Shown: positions 41,301 to 54,076 of the stretch, piece by piece | Position numbering within the stretch: the first letter of the stretch is position 1 | How the letters are laid out: each line of letters starts with the position of its first letter | Assembly (NCBI GenBank): GCA_964016885.1 | Contig: OZ024758.1 | Span: forward strand, 29,140,001-29,204,000 | Length of the DNA: 64,000 nucleotides | Source: Eledone cirrhosa | Lineage: Eukaryota | Direction of reading: 5' to 3' | Notes under the pieces: generated by a model | Databases searched by the model: none | What the model saw: the letters and a program-made list of their open reading frames with translations, nothing else | What the model was told of the DNA's origin: nothing | Position numbers and translations under genes: made by a program

Positions 41301-42839
41301 GACTGGACTATGATACAATACAGTCATAGTGTAGTATTACAGTAAAGACTGGAGTATGTGATACAATACAGTCATAGTGTAGTATTACAGTAAAGACTTG
41401 AGTATGATACAATACAGTCATAGTGTAATATTATAGTAAAGACTGGAGTATGATACAATACAGTCATAGTGTAGTATTACAGTAAAGACTGGAGTATGTG
41501 ATACAATACAGTCATAGTGTAGTATTACAGTAAAGACTGGAGTATGTGATACAATACAGTCATAGTGTAGTATTACAGTAAAGACTGGACTATGATACAA
41601 TACAGTCATAGTGTAGTATTACAGTAAAGACTGGAGTATGTGATACAATACTGTCATAGTGTAGTATTACAGTAAAGACTGAAGTATGATACAATACAGT
41701 CATAGTGTAGTATTACAGTAAAGACTGGAGTATGTGATACAATACAGTCATAGTGTAGTATTACAGTAAAGACTGGAGTATGTGATACAATACAGTCATA
41801 GTGTAGTATTACAGTAAAGCCTGGAGTATGATACAATACAGTCATAGTGTAGTATGACAGTAAAGACTGGAGTATGTGATACAATACAGTCATAGTGTAG
41901 TATTACAGTAAAGAGAGGAGTATGTGATACAATACAGTCATAGTGTAGTATTACAGTAAAGACTGGAGTATGTGATACAATACAGTCATAGTGTAGTATT
42001 ACAGTAAAGAGAGGAGTATGTGATACAATAGTCATAGTGTAGTATTACAGTAAAGACTGGAGTATGACACAATACAGTCATAGTGTAGTATTACAGTAAA
42101 GAGAGGAGTATGATACAATACTGTCATAGTGTAGTATTACAGTAAAGACTGGAGTATGTGATACAATACTGTCATAGTGTAGTATTACAGTAAAGACTGG
42201 AGTATGATACAATACAGTCATAGTGTAGTATTACAGTAAAGACTGGAGTATGTGATACAATACAGTCATAGTGTAGTATTACAGTAAAGAGAGGAGTATG
42301 TGATACAATACAGTCATAGTGTAGTATTACAGTAAAGACTGGAGTATGTGATACAATACTGTCAGTGTAGTATTACAGTAAAGACTGGAGTATGTGATAC
42401 AATACAGTCATAGTGTAGTATTACAGTAAAGACTGGAGTATGTGATACAATACAGTCATAGTGTAGTATTACAGTAAAGACTGGAGTATGTGATACAATA
42501 CAGTCATAGTGTAGTATTACAGTAAAGACTGGAGTATGTGATACAATACAGTCATAGTGTAGTATTACAGTAAAGACTGGAGTATGTGATACAATACTGT
42601 CATAGTGTAGTATTACAGTAAAGACTGGAGTATGTGATACAATACTGTCATAGTGTAGTATTACAGTAAAGACTGGAGTATGACACAATACAGTCAGTGT
42701 AGTATTACAGTAAAGAGAGGAGTATGATACAATACTGTCATAGTGTAGTATTACAGTAAAGACTGGAGTATGTGATACAATACTGTCATAGTGTAGTATT
42801 ACAGTAAAGACTGGAGTATGATACAATACAGTCATAGTG
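17311..42839. repeat. Intronic satellite, 48-bp unit (46- and 44-bp variants), about 25.5 kb, roughly 540 copies
   Basis: Consensus CATAGTGTAGTATTACAGTAAAGACTGGAGTATGTGATACAATACAGT repeated head-to-tail without interruption. Copy number is estimated from length divided by unit size. Confidence 0.99.
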
Positions 42840-44629
42840 CTGTTTTATACTTTTCGAGAATGTCTTGATGATAATCTTAATTGATGTGGCACAGGAAGTT
42901 GATTGATTTACTTAAACTTCTGAAACTTTTATTTCCTCTACTGGGGATAGATTCTTCCAGTCTCATTTATACTTTATATCCAGAGACTGTATTACAGTGA
43001 TATTATGTTATTTTAGGTGCACCCAAAATATTTTGGACATTCTTCTCTCCCATGAAAATATTATTTGTCTTTACTGTTCAGTCCAGAACACTTCATACTT
43101 ACTGTCCTCATGACATTCATGGGCCACCTTTTTATTTCACATAAATTCTAGAACTCTGCTACAACTTTTTCCCTCTATTTTTAACTCCTTTCAATCCATT
43201 TACATACATAGTCTTACATATGGTAGAACACAGAACCGTATGTAAACCCTCAGCCTGTCTGGTAGGTCTGTCCACACACACTTCTGTACAGACTTGGTCT
43301 GTAAAGATCCGTCCAACTCTTGCTAGCAGGGAAAATGGACATTAAATAAATATGAATATGAAGCCGCATGGTCTATTGAACTTCACAGTATGTTGTGTAT
43401 TCCCTGGTACTGAGTAGACTTAGAATCAAGTATATCCAAACTATGATCATCTTTCCCTTCTTTTAGAGATTGTTTCTCTAAGACTACTTTCTCCATGGTG
43501 TCTCTCCAATTTCTAGGTAGTAAGGTGTAATTTGAAGTTGATTTGGCTACTGTTTCTGGCAGGTTGTAACTATGTAAAAAACCCTTTTGACTCTCTTCTA
43601 AGGCAAGACTTACTGGTAAGTTTTCTCTTAGTATGGAAGATAGGTATTCCTAAGTTATTGTCCTTATTTCACAGTCTATTCTAAAAATTAGTTCTTCTCT
43701 GTGAAAAGCAACTGCTACAAAGGTATCCTAGAAGTCCCAGATCTAGTAAAGGGGTTTCTCTCTATCTTAATCTTTTTAAAAATTACCAGTGACTAGTTTG
43801 TTTCAGTGGTTGTCCGGTACTTTAAGTTTGTGAATCTTTTTATCAGTAGAAAATTGATCTGGCTTTCAATTCCATTTTGTTGGTTAGCTCTTGAAATTTT
43901 AGTTAAATCTATTTGCATCAAAACTTCCTAGAGTTTCCTGCTTTCATCATTTCTATTTTCATTGCATGACAATAGCCTCTATTCATACCAGTGTATACAT
44001 ACTTTTTTTTTTAAATTAAAATCACCTTAGACAAGCAAGTTATCTTAGCCTACCTTTGAAGTAGTTCTCACTAGAACCTCAGTTTTTTTACATAGAATGT
44101 TAAAATAAAGCTGTAATGTTTATTTTCAATGTAACTTGAATTTTGATGATCAATATTTGTCAAGAAATAATTGCATTTGTACAAGAATTCTGTACGAAAT
44201 ATTGTTTTAGAATTGAAATCTTACTTAGCTTAACTTTCTTTCATAACTCAGCTGTTGATAACTATAATTCTTAATTAGATACACTGAGTTCGGTTCAATC
44301 AATTATATGCCCTAGTATTATAACAACATTACAGAAAGAACATCTATTTTTACTGTGATGCTACTGTTGGTTATTTTGGTATAAACGTTAGAGGGCACAA
44401 CATGGCGGCCAAGTGGGTAAGAAGTCCATTTTACAATCATGTTTCAAATCCAGTCCTACTATGTGGCATGTTGGGCAGGTGCCTTCTATCATAACCTCAG
44501 GTCAACTCAAACCTTGTGAATGAAATTGGGTATTTAGAAGCTGTTTGGAAGACTCTACCTGCAATTAATAGATTGTGTTATCATTGTTACAAATTGTACA
44601 ATGCTGAATATCTCTGTAAATTACATAAA

Positions 44630-44840
44630 CCCTTTAGCATTTAAACCAGCCATATCCGACCAGAATTCTCTCACCTCTTTCTGTTCAAACCTGCTGTAAC
44701 TGGCCACTCATACTGATGTTAAGGTATTGTTCTCAAAATAAATAATATCAAAGTCTCATAGATTCAACATGTGAGGTAAAGCCTTTACCATGAAAATACA
44801 ATGGTATATATAGAGTAAGAGTAATGTGAATGCTAAAGAG
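44630..44840 (+). mobile_element. piggyBac-like MITE copy, nested in an older SINE-like element (about 44390-44940)
   Basis: taaa|ccctttagcattt...aatgctaaagag|ttaa; body matches 10283-10502. Confidence 0.7.
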
Positions 44841-45712
44841 TTAAAGGCACCATGTGTCTGAAATACTCAGCCACTTACAGATTAATTAATCTTTTGACTG
44901 AACAACTCAAACACTCTTCATCAAAACAAATGGAAGTCCATTTACTTATCTTTTTAGTTACAGGATGTGAATAGATTCATAAAATTTCAAATTTTTAATA
45001 AACATTACCAAAAAGAAATTTAATTTTATTTAAGTATTTAAGTATTTACATTAAGTTAGTTTGTCATTTTATTTTTTATTTTATTGCACGTCTTTTTGCC
45101 TAATATTAATTTTAATTATTCAACTAGCTCTAAGGTCACAATTTTTTTATAAATGTTTTGTCTATGTTGTTTGCGATGTCTGATTTTTTTATTTCTTCTG
45201 ATTCTGTTCATATTATAGATATATCAATGGGATTGGTTGTCGGAATCAAAATAGTTCCAAATTAATGTTTTGGGTTTTTTTCTCTATTCATTGGGGGTTT
45301 TTTATTGGCAATTCTGTTATTTATGTTTTAACCCCAAAATATTAGTTATTATAGCTTTATCAACTTTGATCTTTGTTTAATATTAAGGTTTTGTCAATAT
45401 CATTTTAGTAGCATGAAAAATACAAATACAATATTTTGGGAAGTATAAATTTCTTTAAAAATGCTCTACAAACTTAGTTTGCAGCTCTTTATTTATTTGA
45501 TTCCATTGCTTCCTTCAATTAGTCTCTTAATTAGAGACTAACTACATTTTCATGAAATTCATTTAGCAAAACTTTTTTTTTTTTATTCAAATTATTTTTT
45601 CACTTTCTGGTGGAAATTATTTTATCTGTTTGTCCCTTTTTAACTGTTTATCTTTAATTACATTATTTTTTTTATTAAACTTTAATATTTTTTTTTGTTT
45701 TATTTTCCACAG

Positions 45713-45746
45713 TTCAAAGAAAGATAAGAAGAAGTCTATATTTTGA
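45713..45746 (+). CDS. SEPT7: Septin-7-like terminal coding exon (polybasic tail and stop)
   Basis: Long pyrimidine tract ...ttttccacag (AG 45711-45712). Phase 2 gives (D)SKKDKKKSIF*, matching the SEPT7 ending KKKGKIF*. TGA at 45744-45746. Confidence 0.88.
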
Positions 45747-46767
45747 AAAGGAAGTGAAGTTGCCAAAAGGAGGTTTATGGGTCCACAATTTTATTGGGAG
45801 GACTGCAACAGTAATAACTTTCTGACTAAACTGGGTCTGTCAGCAATGTGCAACAAACTGCAATCACTCACTGTCCAGTATTTTTCAACATGACTTCTCT
45901 TTTCAGTTATCATTTCAATTCTTTAGGGTGTCATCTTTTTTAGAATGTAATATTCTTTATCCAATCTACCACAATTTTTCATTGTCATCTTCCCAACTGG
46001 ATCCTAGTGCAAGACATTTGCCAAATAAGCACTACTTCTAATGTGAACATTGGAATCATTTTTGCTAATTACATATAACTTTCACCAACATAAAACAAGA
46101 TCATGTATTTCTATATTTACTGACTCTATCATATGCTTCATCTTCCCAATGTATTATTCATGTTTGACAGATTAAATTTTTGAACATGTTCAATTTAAAA
46201 GGTTTTGTATTTAAAGATTTTATGTGGTTTAGTTTAGATATTAACCATTTCTTGATAATGGACAAAGTACATGTTCTCTGATACCCAAAGAGAGGAGTGA
46301 TGTGGTTTACATTCAAATTATTTGTTTTAATGATTTTGAGAACTCAAAAAAATGTGCTATCTACACAGTTTCTGAATGCAGAATTGCATCTACTTTTTAG
46401 TCACTTGACATAATTCAATGGACAAATATTGAAAGTGACTTAGTAAATCAGAACTGTTGTTAGGAGCTCTTAGCCATTTTATTTTTATTCTTAATCTTTG
46501 TAAATATTTTTGATAGTAAAATGAATTCTATCAATAGAATGGTTTCTTCTTGATGAAGAGAGCTATACCAATAGATAGAAAATCTAAAACCTTCTATAAT
46601 TATGACTAATTACACTTAATATTCTATCCAATGATTATCCTTTATTATTTAAAATAATAAAACAAACAAAAAAACATGTTCACTCTGCAAATAGAAAGAT
46701 AAAGCACTGGTTGAATTACTTGGATATGTTTTCTCCTTACCATTATAAAGTATTTTAATTTCATAAG

Positions 46768-46968
46768 GGCAGGAGATTGGCAGAGCATTGGACACCATGC
46801 ATAGCTATGGCCCTTTACGTTCTGATTTCAAAACCCGTCGAGGTTAGCTCAGCCTTTCATCCTTACAGGGTTGATAAAATAAAGTACCAGTAATGCTCTG
46901 GGGTTGATTTCATCGACTTTCCCCTCTCCTCCAAATTGCTGGCCTTGTGTCTAAATCAGAAACCATTA
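46768..46968 (+). mobile_element. SINE family A copy
   Basis: gcctttcatccttacagggttgataaaataaagtaccag core and ttgctggccttgtg tail. Confidence 0.82.
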
Positions 46969-47473
46969 TAATTAGCACCATAGAATTGTTTCACTTTCTT
47001 TAAACTTAACACTGTTATATATTTTCTTCTTCTCTAAATTTTATTTTCATATGAGATTATTTCAATAATTACACATTAACTGTAATTTATCAAGAACTAG
47101 AATATAAAAATAAACAAATTAATAATTAATCTGAGTGTTATATTGTTACATAAATATGTTTATTATTGGTATCCACTGCCTTCTTAGTATCACTAAATTC
47201 AAATTTTGTTTCACATCACCATAAAATAAGTTTCTTTTCAAATGTCATTAATTTGACTTTCCCCCCATTTTTATATAACATTTCATATATTATTTTACTA
47301 TGCAAACATATTTATTTCAAGTATCATTTCCAAGTAACATTGAATGTTTAATTTTGGTTTTATTTTCAAAATTGTTTATTTTAATCATATTTATTAAGAG
47401 TAGAAACAAAAACATTGGGTGTAAAGATCTGCCTTAAATTTATCTTATTTTGTAAACATATTTGATAGTTAAT

Positions 47474-47518
<45 letters not shown>

Positions 47519-48084
47519 ATATTCTATAATCAAATGTGTGGTTCTCTTGAGAATGGCAATTTTCAAATATAAATTCACAGCCAAATTATTTTGTAATTTC
47601 CACCCCATTATCTAATTTATATCTTTGTGTATTAAATCATAAACAAACAGACTTGGTACTTAAGTAGTTATTTTGTTTTTTGTTTTTCATTCTTTTTTTT
47701 TTCATCTTATTTTTACCTTTTAAGTTTCCTTATCGTTTTAGATTCTTCCATCTATTGTAAAATTCTATTTGGAAGTTTTTGAATTTATTTTCGCTTATGT
47801 ACTTCTTTTGTATATACCATATATACTTATAGCTAAGTGGCAGTTTTGTTACTTAAACTGGGCATGAAAAGCTGTTTGTGACTTATCCTCTGAATCTCGG
47901 TTTAGGCTTGAAATATTAAATAATGAGACCAAAAAATAATAAACACAAACTGTGTGTGACTTATCTACCACTACAGTATATACATATATTATATACATGG
48001 TATATAATATAATAATAATAATGAAATTATTGTGTACAGTGCTCAGGTGCACTACAACTCATCAAAGGTGCATGTATAGTACAT

Positions 48085-48352
48085 AGAATAATGTACATAA
48101 TAATGTATATAATAAACACTGTGCCACTTTACTACTACTATAGTATATATGGTATATAATACAATAAACACTGTGTCACTTATCTACTACTACAGTAAAT
48201 ATACTAGTATATATGGTATATAATACAATAAACACTGTGACTTATCTATTACTACAGTATATATACTAGTATATATGGTATATAATACAATAAACACTGT
48301 GTGACTTATCTATTACTACTACAGTATATATACTAGTATATATGGTATATAA
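48085..48352. repeat. Degenerate ~60-bp minisatellite (about 4-5 copies)
   Basis: Recurring aataaacactgtg...acttatctactactacagtatatatactagtatatatggtatataat. Confidence 0.8.
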
Positions 48353-49121
48353 TCTCCTCAAATCAACACAAAGAAATATTAAAAGTAAAATTAAGTTAAT
48401 TTTATTATTAATTCAACTAGAGTGCCATCTTGCTCCCCATAATCATGCCACATATCACTATAATTAATATGAAGCCTGTGCCCCATAACATTTAATTTTA
48501 CCAAATGTACAACACTTTTTTTTTTTTTTTCACTTTTTTTTTTTCCTTTTTTTTTTTTTTTTTTTTTTTTTTTCCCTGAGACATTTTTCACCATACTTTG
48601 TCAAATTTTGCATGCAATTATTTTATATCTTAAATCTGTATAGAAGATTTCTTTTCAAATAACCAAATCAGTTATACACACATACCTTCTCATCATGTCT
48701 TGTCGTATGTGTTTATATAAATTCACCTTTTGGACTTTTGTAAATGATTGCTGTACCTGGGATCCAATGTGCAATTTTTTTTACTAAATAGTTAATGACA
48801 TGTGATATATGTTAAAAGGTACCTGTATATTTGCATGAATGAATGAAAGACTGTTCATTCACTAATGTATTCAATGAATTCATATTGCTTGTGTCTAAGT
48901 AAAAGAATCTGCTCTCAAAATTGAAATCAAAATGTTAATCTTTATATGCTTCCACAACTGCAAACCTTCACTGACAATTCTGATTATCTGCCAAAGGGGC
49001 AACAAACCACTGAATAACAACTCCAGTTCTATCAATAAGAAGAATTATCAACTATCAACTATCTTACTCTCTTTAAAGTTTAGTTTAGAAAAGGTAGCCA
49101 TTGTTTTATGTCTTTTAGGAG

Positions 49122-49123
<2 letters not shown>

Positions 49124-49154
<31 letters not shown>

Positions 49155-49159
49155 AAACT

Positions 49160-49207
<48 letters not shown>

Positions 49208-49288
49208 CCAAACTGGTTTATATATATATATATATATATACATACCAAACTGGTTTATATATATATATATATATATATATACCAAACT

Positions 49289-49336
<48 letters not shown>

Positions 49337-49346
49337 AAACTGGTTT
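49124..49346. repeat. Compound (TA)n microsatellite punctuated five times by ACCAAACTGGTT
   Basis: Seen directly; spacers near 49152, 49207, 49244, 49281 and 49334. Confidence 0.9.
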
Positions 49347-49824
49347 AATAATGAGGATCTAACTTCTTAGTTATTATATGTAGCCACATTATTGCATATA
49401 ATCTACTGAGGAGGTTGGTGCAGATGTTGTTCATTATGTGCTTTTAGTATGCAAGGGTTGTGCAGATACTATAATGAGCTTCTAGTATAATCAGAGAGCA
49501 TTTGAAACCATTTCATTTGTTTATTTTTTTATAATTTGCATATGTATTTAATTTGTAAGTTAATTTTTTTTTTAAATTGTATCATTTGTTTTAAATAAAG
49601 TACTCATTGTCATTGAATTCTATTTGGTCTAAATATTTGAATAAAAACAATATAATCATTGAAATAGTTAGAATATTCTTTTTTTTTTTTATTATTTAAA
49701 ATGTTTTGACTTAGAATTGATCATTCCCTTAACTTTTAGCACGGTGGATTTTTTATGAATTCCCTCCCTTGTCACTGCATTATGTATTAAAGGGAGATTA
49801 CTCTTTTGTCGTCAACTGCTTTAA

Positions 49825-50012
49825 CCCTTTACTCTCTCTATTTACTATTGTATTTTCTCAGTAAAGGCTTTACCTCACATAATATCGAATCTATGAGATT
49901 TTGATATTATTTATTTTGAGAACAATACCTTAACATCAGTATGAGTGGCTGGTTACAGTCGGTTTGAACAGAAAAAGGTGAGAGAATTCTTGCCGGTTTA
50001 AATGCTAAAGGG
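49825..50012 (-). mobile_element. piggyBac-like MITE copy
   Basis: ttaa|cccttta...taaaggg|ttaa; body is the reverse complement of 10283-10502. Confidence 0.72.
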
Positions 50013-50654
50013 TTAAACATTAAGCTTTGATTTTAAAAATAAAAGTCATATTTTGCTATTAAAAATAATTATAACTGGGAAATAAAAAAGATTTTTTTTT
50101 CTTCTATGAAATAAAAAAAATTAGACCTTTTCTTAATTTTGAATGTATGTTAGCTTGAAATAAGCTGCTTCAACACTTTTTTTTTTTTTTTTTTTTTTTT
50201 TATGAAAACTAAAACCTTTTCCACCCCTAGAGGTGGAAAAGATGGACAGTAATTACCTGTGACTCACACATGCTGTATGGCTGATGGCTGTTCTACCATT
50301 ACATTAAAGCAAGACTGGCCACTCACCTGTCATTTTTAAGTCTTATCTGTTGACCAGTAGATGTAAACATTGAATCAATCATATTCACAAAGTGTGGAGC
50401 AAATTTTGACTGTTAGCTTAAAATAAGCTGCTTTAATGCAGGATTTTTTACTATGAAAATAGTCAATTTGGGTATATACCATATATATACTGGAATATAA
50501 GCTGACCCCTCCCCTATTTTAAGTCTGAGAAATGGGCAAAAATCCAAACCCTATTTATAAATCGAGGCAACTAATCAACACATTGTTTAGATGATAGATA
50601 TAAACTGATTCTTCCTATTTTACCTTCAATTTTTGGTCACAAATTCCTTGGCTT

Positions 50655-50907
50655 ATATTCATGTGATGCGCATGGAAGATGAGCGATGGATGAATAAGTA
50701 CCAGGAAGTCCCAGTGGAGGGAAGACGCAGTAGAGGTAGACCACAAAAAAACATGGGCGGAGGTGGTGAGAGCAGACCTCAGATCGCTGAAGCTCACTGA
50801 GGAGATGACGAAGGACCGTGACTAGTGGAGAGATGCTGTACTGAATAGGATCCGTCCAACCCTTGCAAGCAGGGAAAAGCGGACGTCAAATGATGATGAT
50901 GATGATG
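50655..50907 (+). mobile_element. RTE-clade LINE 3' fragment
   Basis: RGRPQK-TWAEVVRADLRSLKLTEEMTKDRD*WRDAV remnant with a (gat)n tail. Confidence 0.78.
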
Positions 50908-51229
50908 CACAATAAAAACACCCAGTAAACACTGTACAGTGGTTGGTGTTATGAAGGGCATCCAGCCATAGAAAGCTTGATAAACAAGGGATTAGGAGGA
51001 CCCTTCAGTTTCCAAGGAGTGAGATGGAAGGAAGCCTCAGCCTGACTCCTCACAGTTAAACCTTAAATATAAGCTTTTCTCGGTAGGAAATGATAATGGA
51101 GTAGGTAAAGTAGCCATTCTACTAGCTTCGAAATGGATAAGGTGAGACAGAAAGTGACAAAATTATCAAGCTTAGAATAGTCATTAGCAATAGAATGGTA
51201 ACAATCTTCTCTACCAATGCACTACAATC

Positions 51230-52030
51230 AGGTCTACTTAAAGAGCAAAAGGATTGTTTGTATTAGTAACTCCTACAGACAATCTCTGTGACTGGTGCCT
51301 TCAATAGACACGTTGGGCAGCACCAGGAAGGCTACACTGGAGTTCATGGTGATTATAGTTATGGCTTGAGAAACAGAGGAACTGGATATATATGACAGAA
51401 GACAATTGGAAGTGTCTACAAGACAACCTACTACAGCGCCACCAACTTGTGGCTGGAGAAAAGCACCAGCCAAGCAGTGGAACAACACTGGATAGAGCTG
51501 TTAAAGCCAAGAGACAAATAGGGAAAGTCTGGAAGAATGAGGCAGTAAAGATCAGTAGCAGGTAGCTAAAAGAGAAGCTAGATGACAGGTGTATTTAGCA
51601 CACAAAGAAACTGAAAGCAGGCAGTTTGCCAATGTCCTACAACATGAGGATCAGAGGCTTGAGGTGTTCCACATTCCAAAGCTGTATGTCAGTGAAAATC
51701 AGGATTGAAAAAAAATGTATTTCAAAATAACACCAGTGGATCTAGCATCACTGACCTTCAAAAGAAAGGCCTGGAAATGTTATTACAAAAGGTTAATGAA
51801 TGAAAGAAAGACAGACTAACCCCAACAAAAGGACCAGCCATTGAAATTGACAGTTATAGGGTCAAAGAAACAAAGGGATTAAAAATGGTAAAACTGTCAG
51901 TCCATCAAAGATAGTTGTGAAGATGCTGAAAGCTTCTGGGGAAGTAGGAGTTAAACTAGTCACTCACCTAATCAATCAAGTAATACATGATGGGGTCTTA
52001 CTCTATAACTAGCAGAACAGTATACTCTTT
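51230..52030 (+). mobile_element. Decayed RTE-clade LINE internal ORF fragment
   Basis: Frameshifted remnants such as WNN..DRAVKAKRQ and SPSKIVVKMLKASGEVGVKLVTHLINQVIHDG, typical of the region just upstream of the RT core. Confidence 0.62.
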
Positions 52031-52428
52031 AATTCTGGATGTACAAGAATAACTTAAGAAAGAGCATCAGCAAAATAAATCTTTTCAAATTCCAGAAAGA
52101 TTTGATGAACTCTTTACAATTTCTTCAGGTATAAATGTCTGTAAATGAAGAAGCAATCCAAATACACAATTAACTTTTTGATAAACTTTCTGTTGTTTTA
52201 ACAAGACAAGAAGCAAGTTATCACCAATGACAAGAAATGTTCAGCTTCTGAGAAGATGATTAAGGTTCAACAAATGAATCAAAAGTACCAGAACCACTGA
52301 AACTACTTACAATTTTACTTGTGTTCACTAAATCCAAATATTAATTCTCATGTGGAAGTTTCCAAACTGATAAATGTTACAAGTCTATAAATTTTACAGT
52401 GTTTTGGGGGTACAACTAAAAAAAAACT

Positions 52429-52717
52429 GGAGGCATGTGGCCTAGTGGTAAGGATGTTGGATTTACAGTCATAATGTTGGAGGTTCAATTCCTGGGCTGG
52501 GTTCTGTGTTGTGTTCTTGAGCAAAACACTTCATTTCATGTTGCTCCAGTATACTCAGCTGAAAATGAGTACCAGTAATAGCTGGGGATTTAACCCTGCA
52601 ATGGACTAGTGTCCTGTCCATGAGGAAGTCTTGTACTCTCAGTCACTTCACACCACAAAACTGGGATAAACACCAACCTGACAAGCCTCCTAGTTTGAGA
52701 CAGATTTTTAGACTTTA
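52429..52717 (+). mobile_element. SINE family C copy
   Basis: Colinear with 15646-15928. Confidence 0.82.
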
Positions 52718-53392
52718 GATTAGACTAAAAAAAATGTCTAAACACATTTCACCTTTACTTGACCCAAAACATAGCTCTTTCGTGGAATAATGATTATTTC
52801 CATGGATCCAACAGCATATTTGATTATCTAATATATATAAATAAATTATCATGAGAAGGTTAATGAAATTAATATAGGGTTCCACTATATATTTTAGCTA
52901 AAGCTTCACATCTGATAGTCAACAGTCAACATGTTTGAGACATTTAGAATGTTAAACCCAGAAAACAAAAACTTAGATACAATAGATTATGTTAGGGTTC
53001 TGTTAGGAAGATTTACAGGTGAGAGTTGAAATCATGACCTTCAAATTATCAAGGAAGACCAAGTCATTGCTTTTCTACGAATGTAAAATAATCCACTTGG
53101 GGGGGAGATGTGTGAATATTTCGAATGCAAAGTGGATTGGTTGAAACTAGGACCACAAGTATCACTCATTGGAAGAATCTACTATTGTCCAATCAGAGTA
53201 TGACATGTTCCAGAACATTCTTAACTGTATATAAATCTAGAAGACATTTTGTAATTTTTGGTCGTTTGTACACCTTCAAAAGGTCAGTGTTTCAATATAT
53301 ATATATATATATATAGGTATTGAAATTTCCGTTGAAAACAGAAAAGGTCATAGAAGTGAAGAGTGCTCTATGTAAGTACCAGAGCAAAATTG

Positions 53393-53709
53393 AATGTATA
53401 AAAATCAATACAATATAATTACCTCATTACCAGAGGTTTCCCGAATGAGGTGAATACGAAAGAAACGTGAGCGTATATACATACATATACACACACCTAA
53501 CTATATTTCTTGAAAGATTTTTATATATTTCATATTGTAATTCATTTGTCTATATATTTTTTTTTTGCTTTTCTTGATGAGACTTTCCAAGTATTTACCC
53601 ATGTTTTATATTGCCTCGTCTGACAAACGAATGAAGACGTTTCTTTCGTATTCGCCTCATTCGGGAAACCTCTGGTAATGAGGTAATTATATTGTATTGA
53701 ATTTTATAC

Positions 53710-53712
<3 letters not shown>
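53393..53712. repeat. Inverted repeat, ~75-bp arms
   Basis: aatacaatataattacctcattaccagaggtttcccgaatgagg...gaaagaaacgt vs acgtttctttcg...cctcattcgggaaacctctggtaatgaggtaattatattgtatt. Confidence 0.88.
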
Positions 53713-53756
<44 letters not shown>

Positions 53757-54076
53757 TTCAAGAGTAACCAATCTTAAAGAGAGAGATAGGAGAGGAGATA
53801 TGTCTTATTTTCAACTGAACCAGATCAATTATGATATATAGTCATCTGATCCAGAAATATTATATGGAGTAGCGAAACAATTGTAAACAGACATTATTAT
53901 TATTATTATTCTCTACATTCCTTACATCAAACTAAAATATGTTGACAATATTTTAATAATGTCTTCCTTGTGAAATTTGTGGTCTTGTTTTTCTTAACTA
54001 ATGAATATATATATAAATGAAAGGTATAGAAAACATTGTAGCAAAAAGCCAACAGTATTCCATAATATATATATAA

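Larger units (their letters stand above)
45747..49660 (+). other. Probable 3' UTR of the septin gene (end uncertain)
   Basis: U-rich, mostly non-repetitive sequence after the stop. AATAAA candidates at 46656, 49594 and 49640. Which is used cannot be told from DNA. Confidence 0.35.

Noticed and set aside
17676-42835. Dozens of minus-strand ORFs (up to 511 aa) of HTPVFTVILHYDCIVS repeats
   Set aside because: They arise because one frame of the 48-bp unit lacks a stop. Frequent 2-bp indels break the frame at random, so there is no sign of coding constraint.
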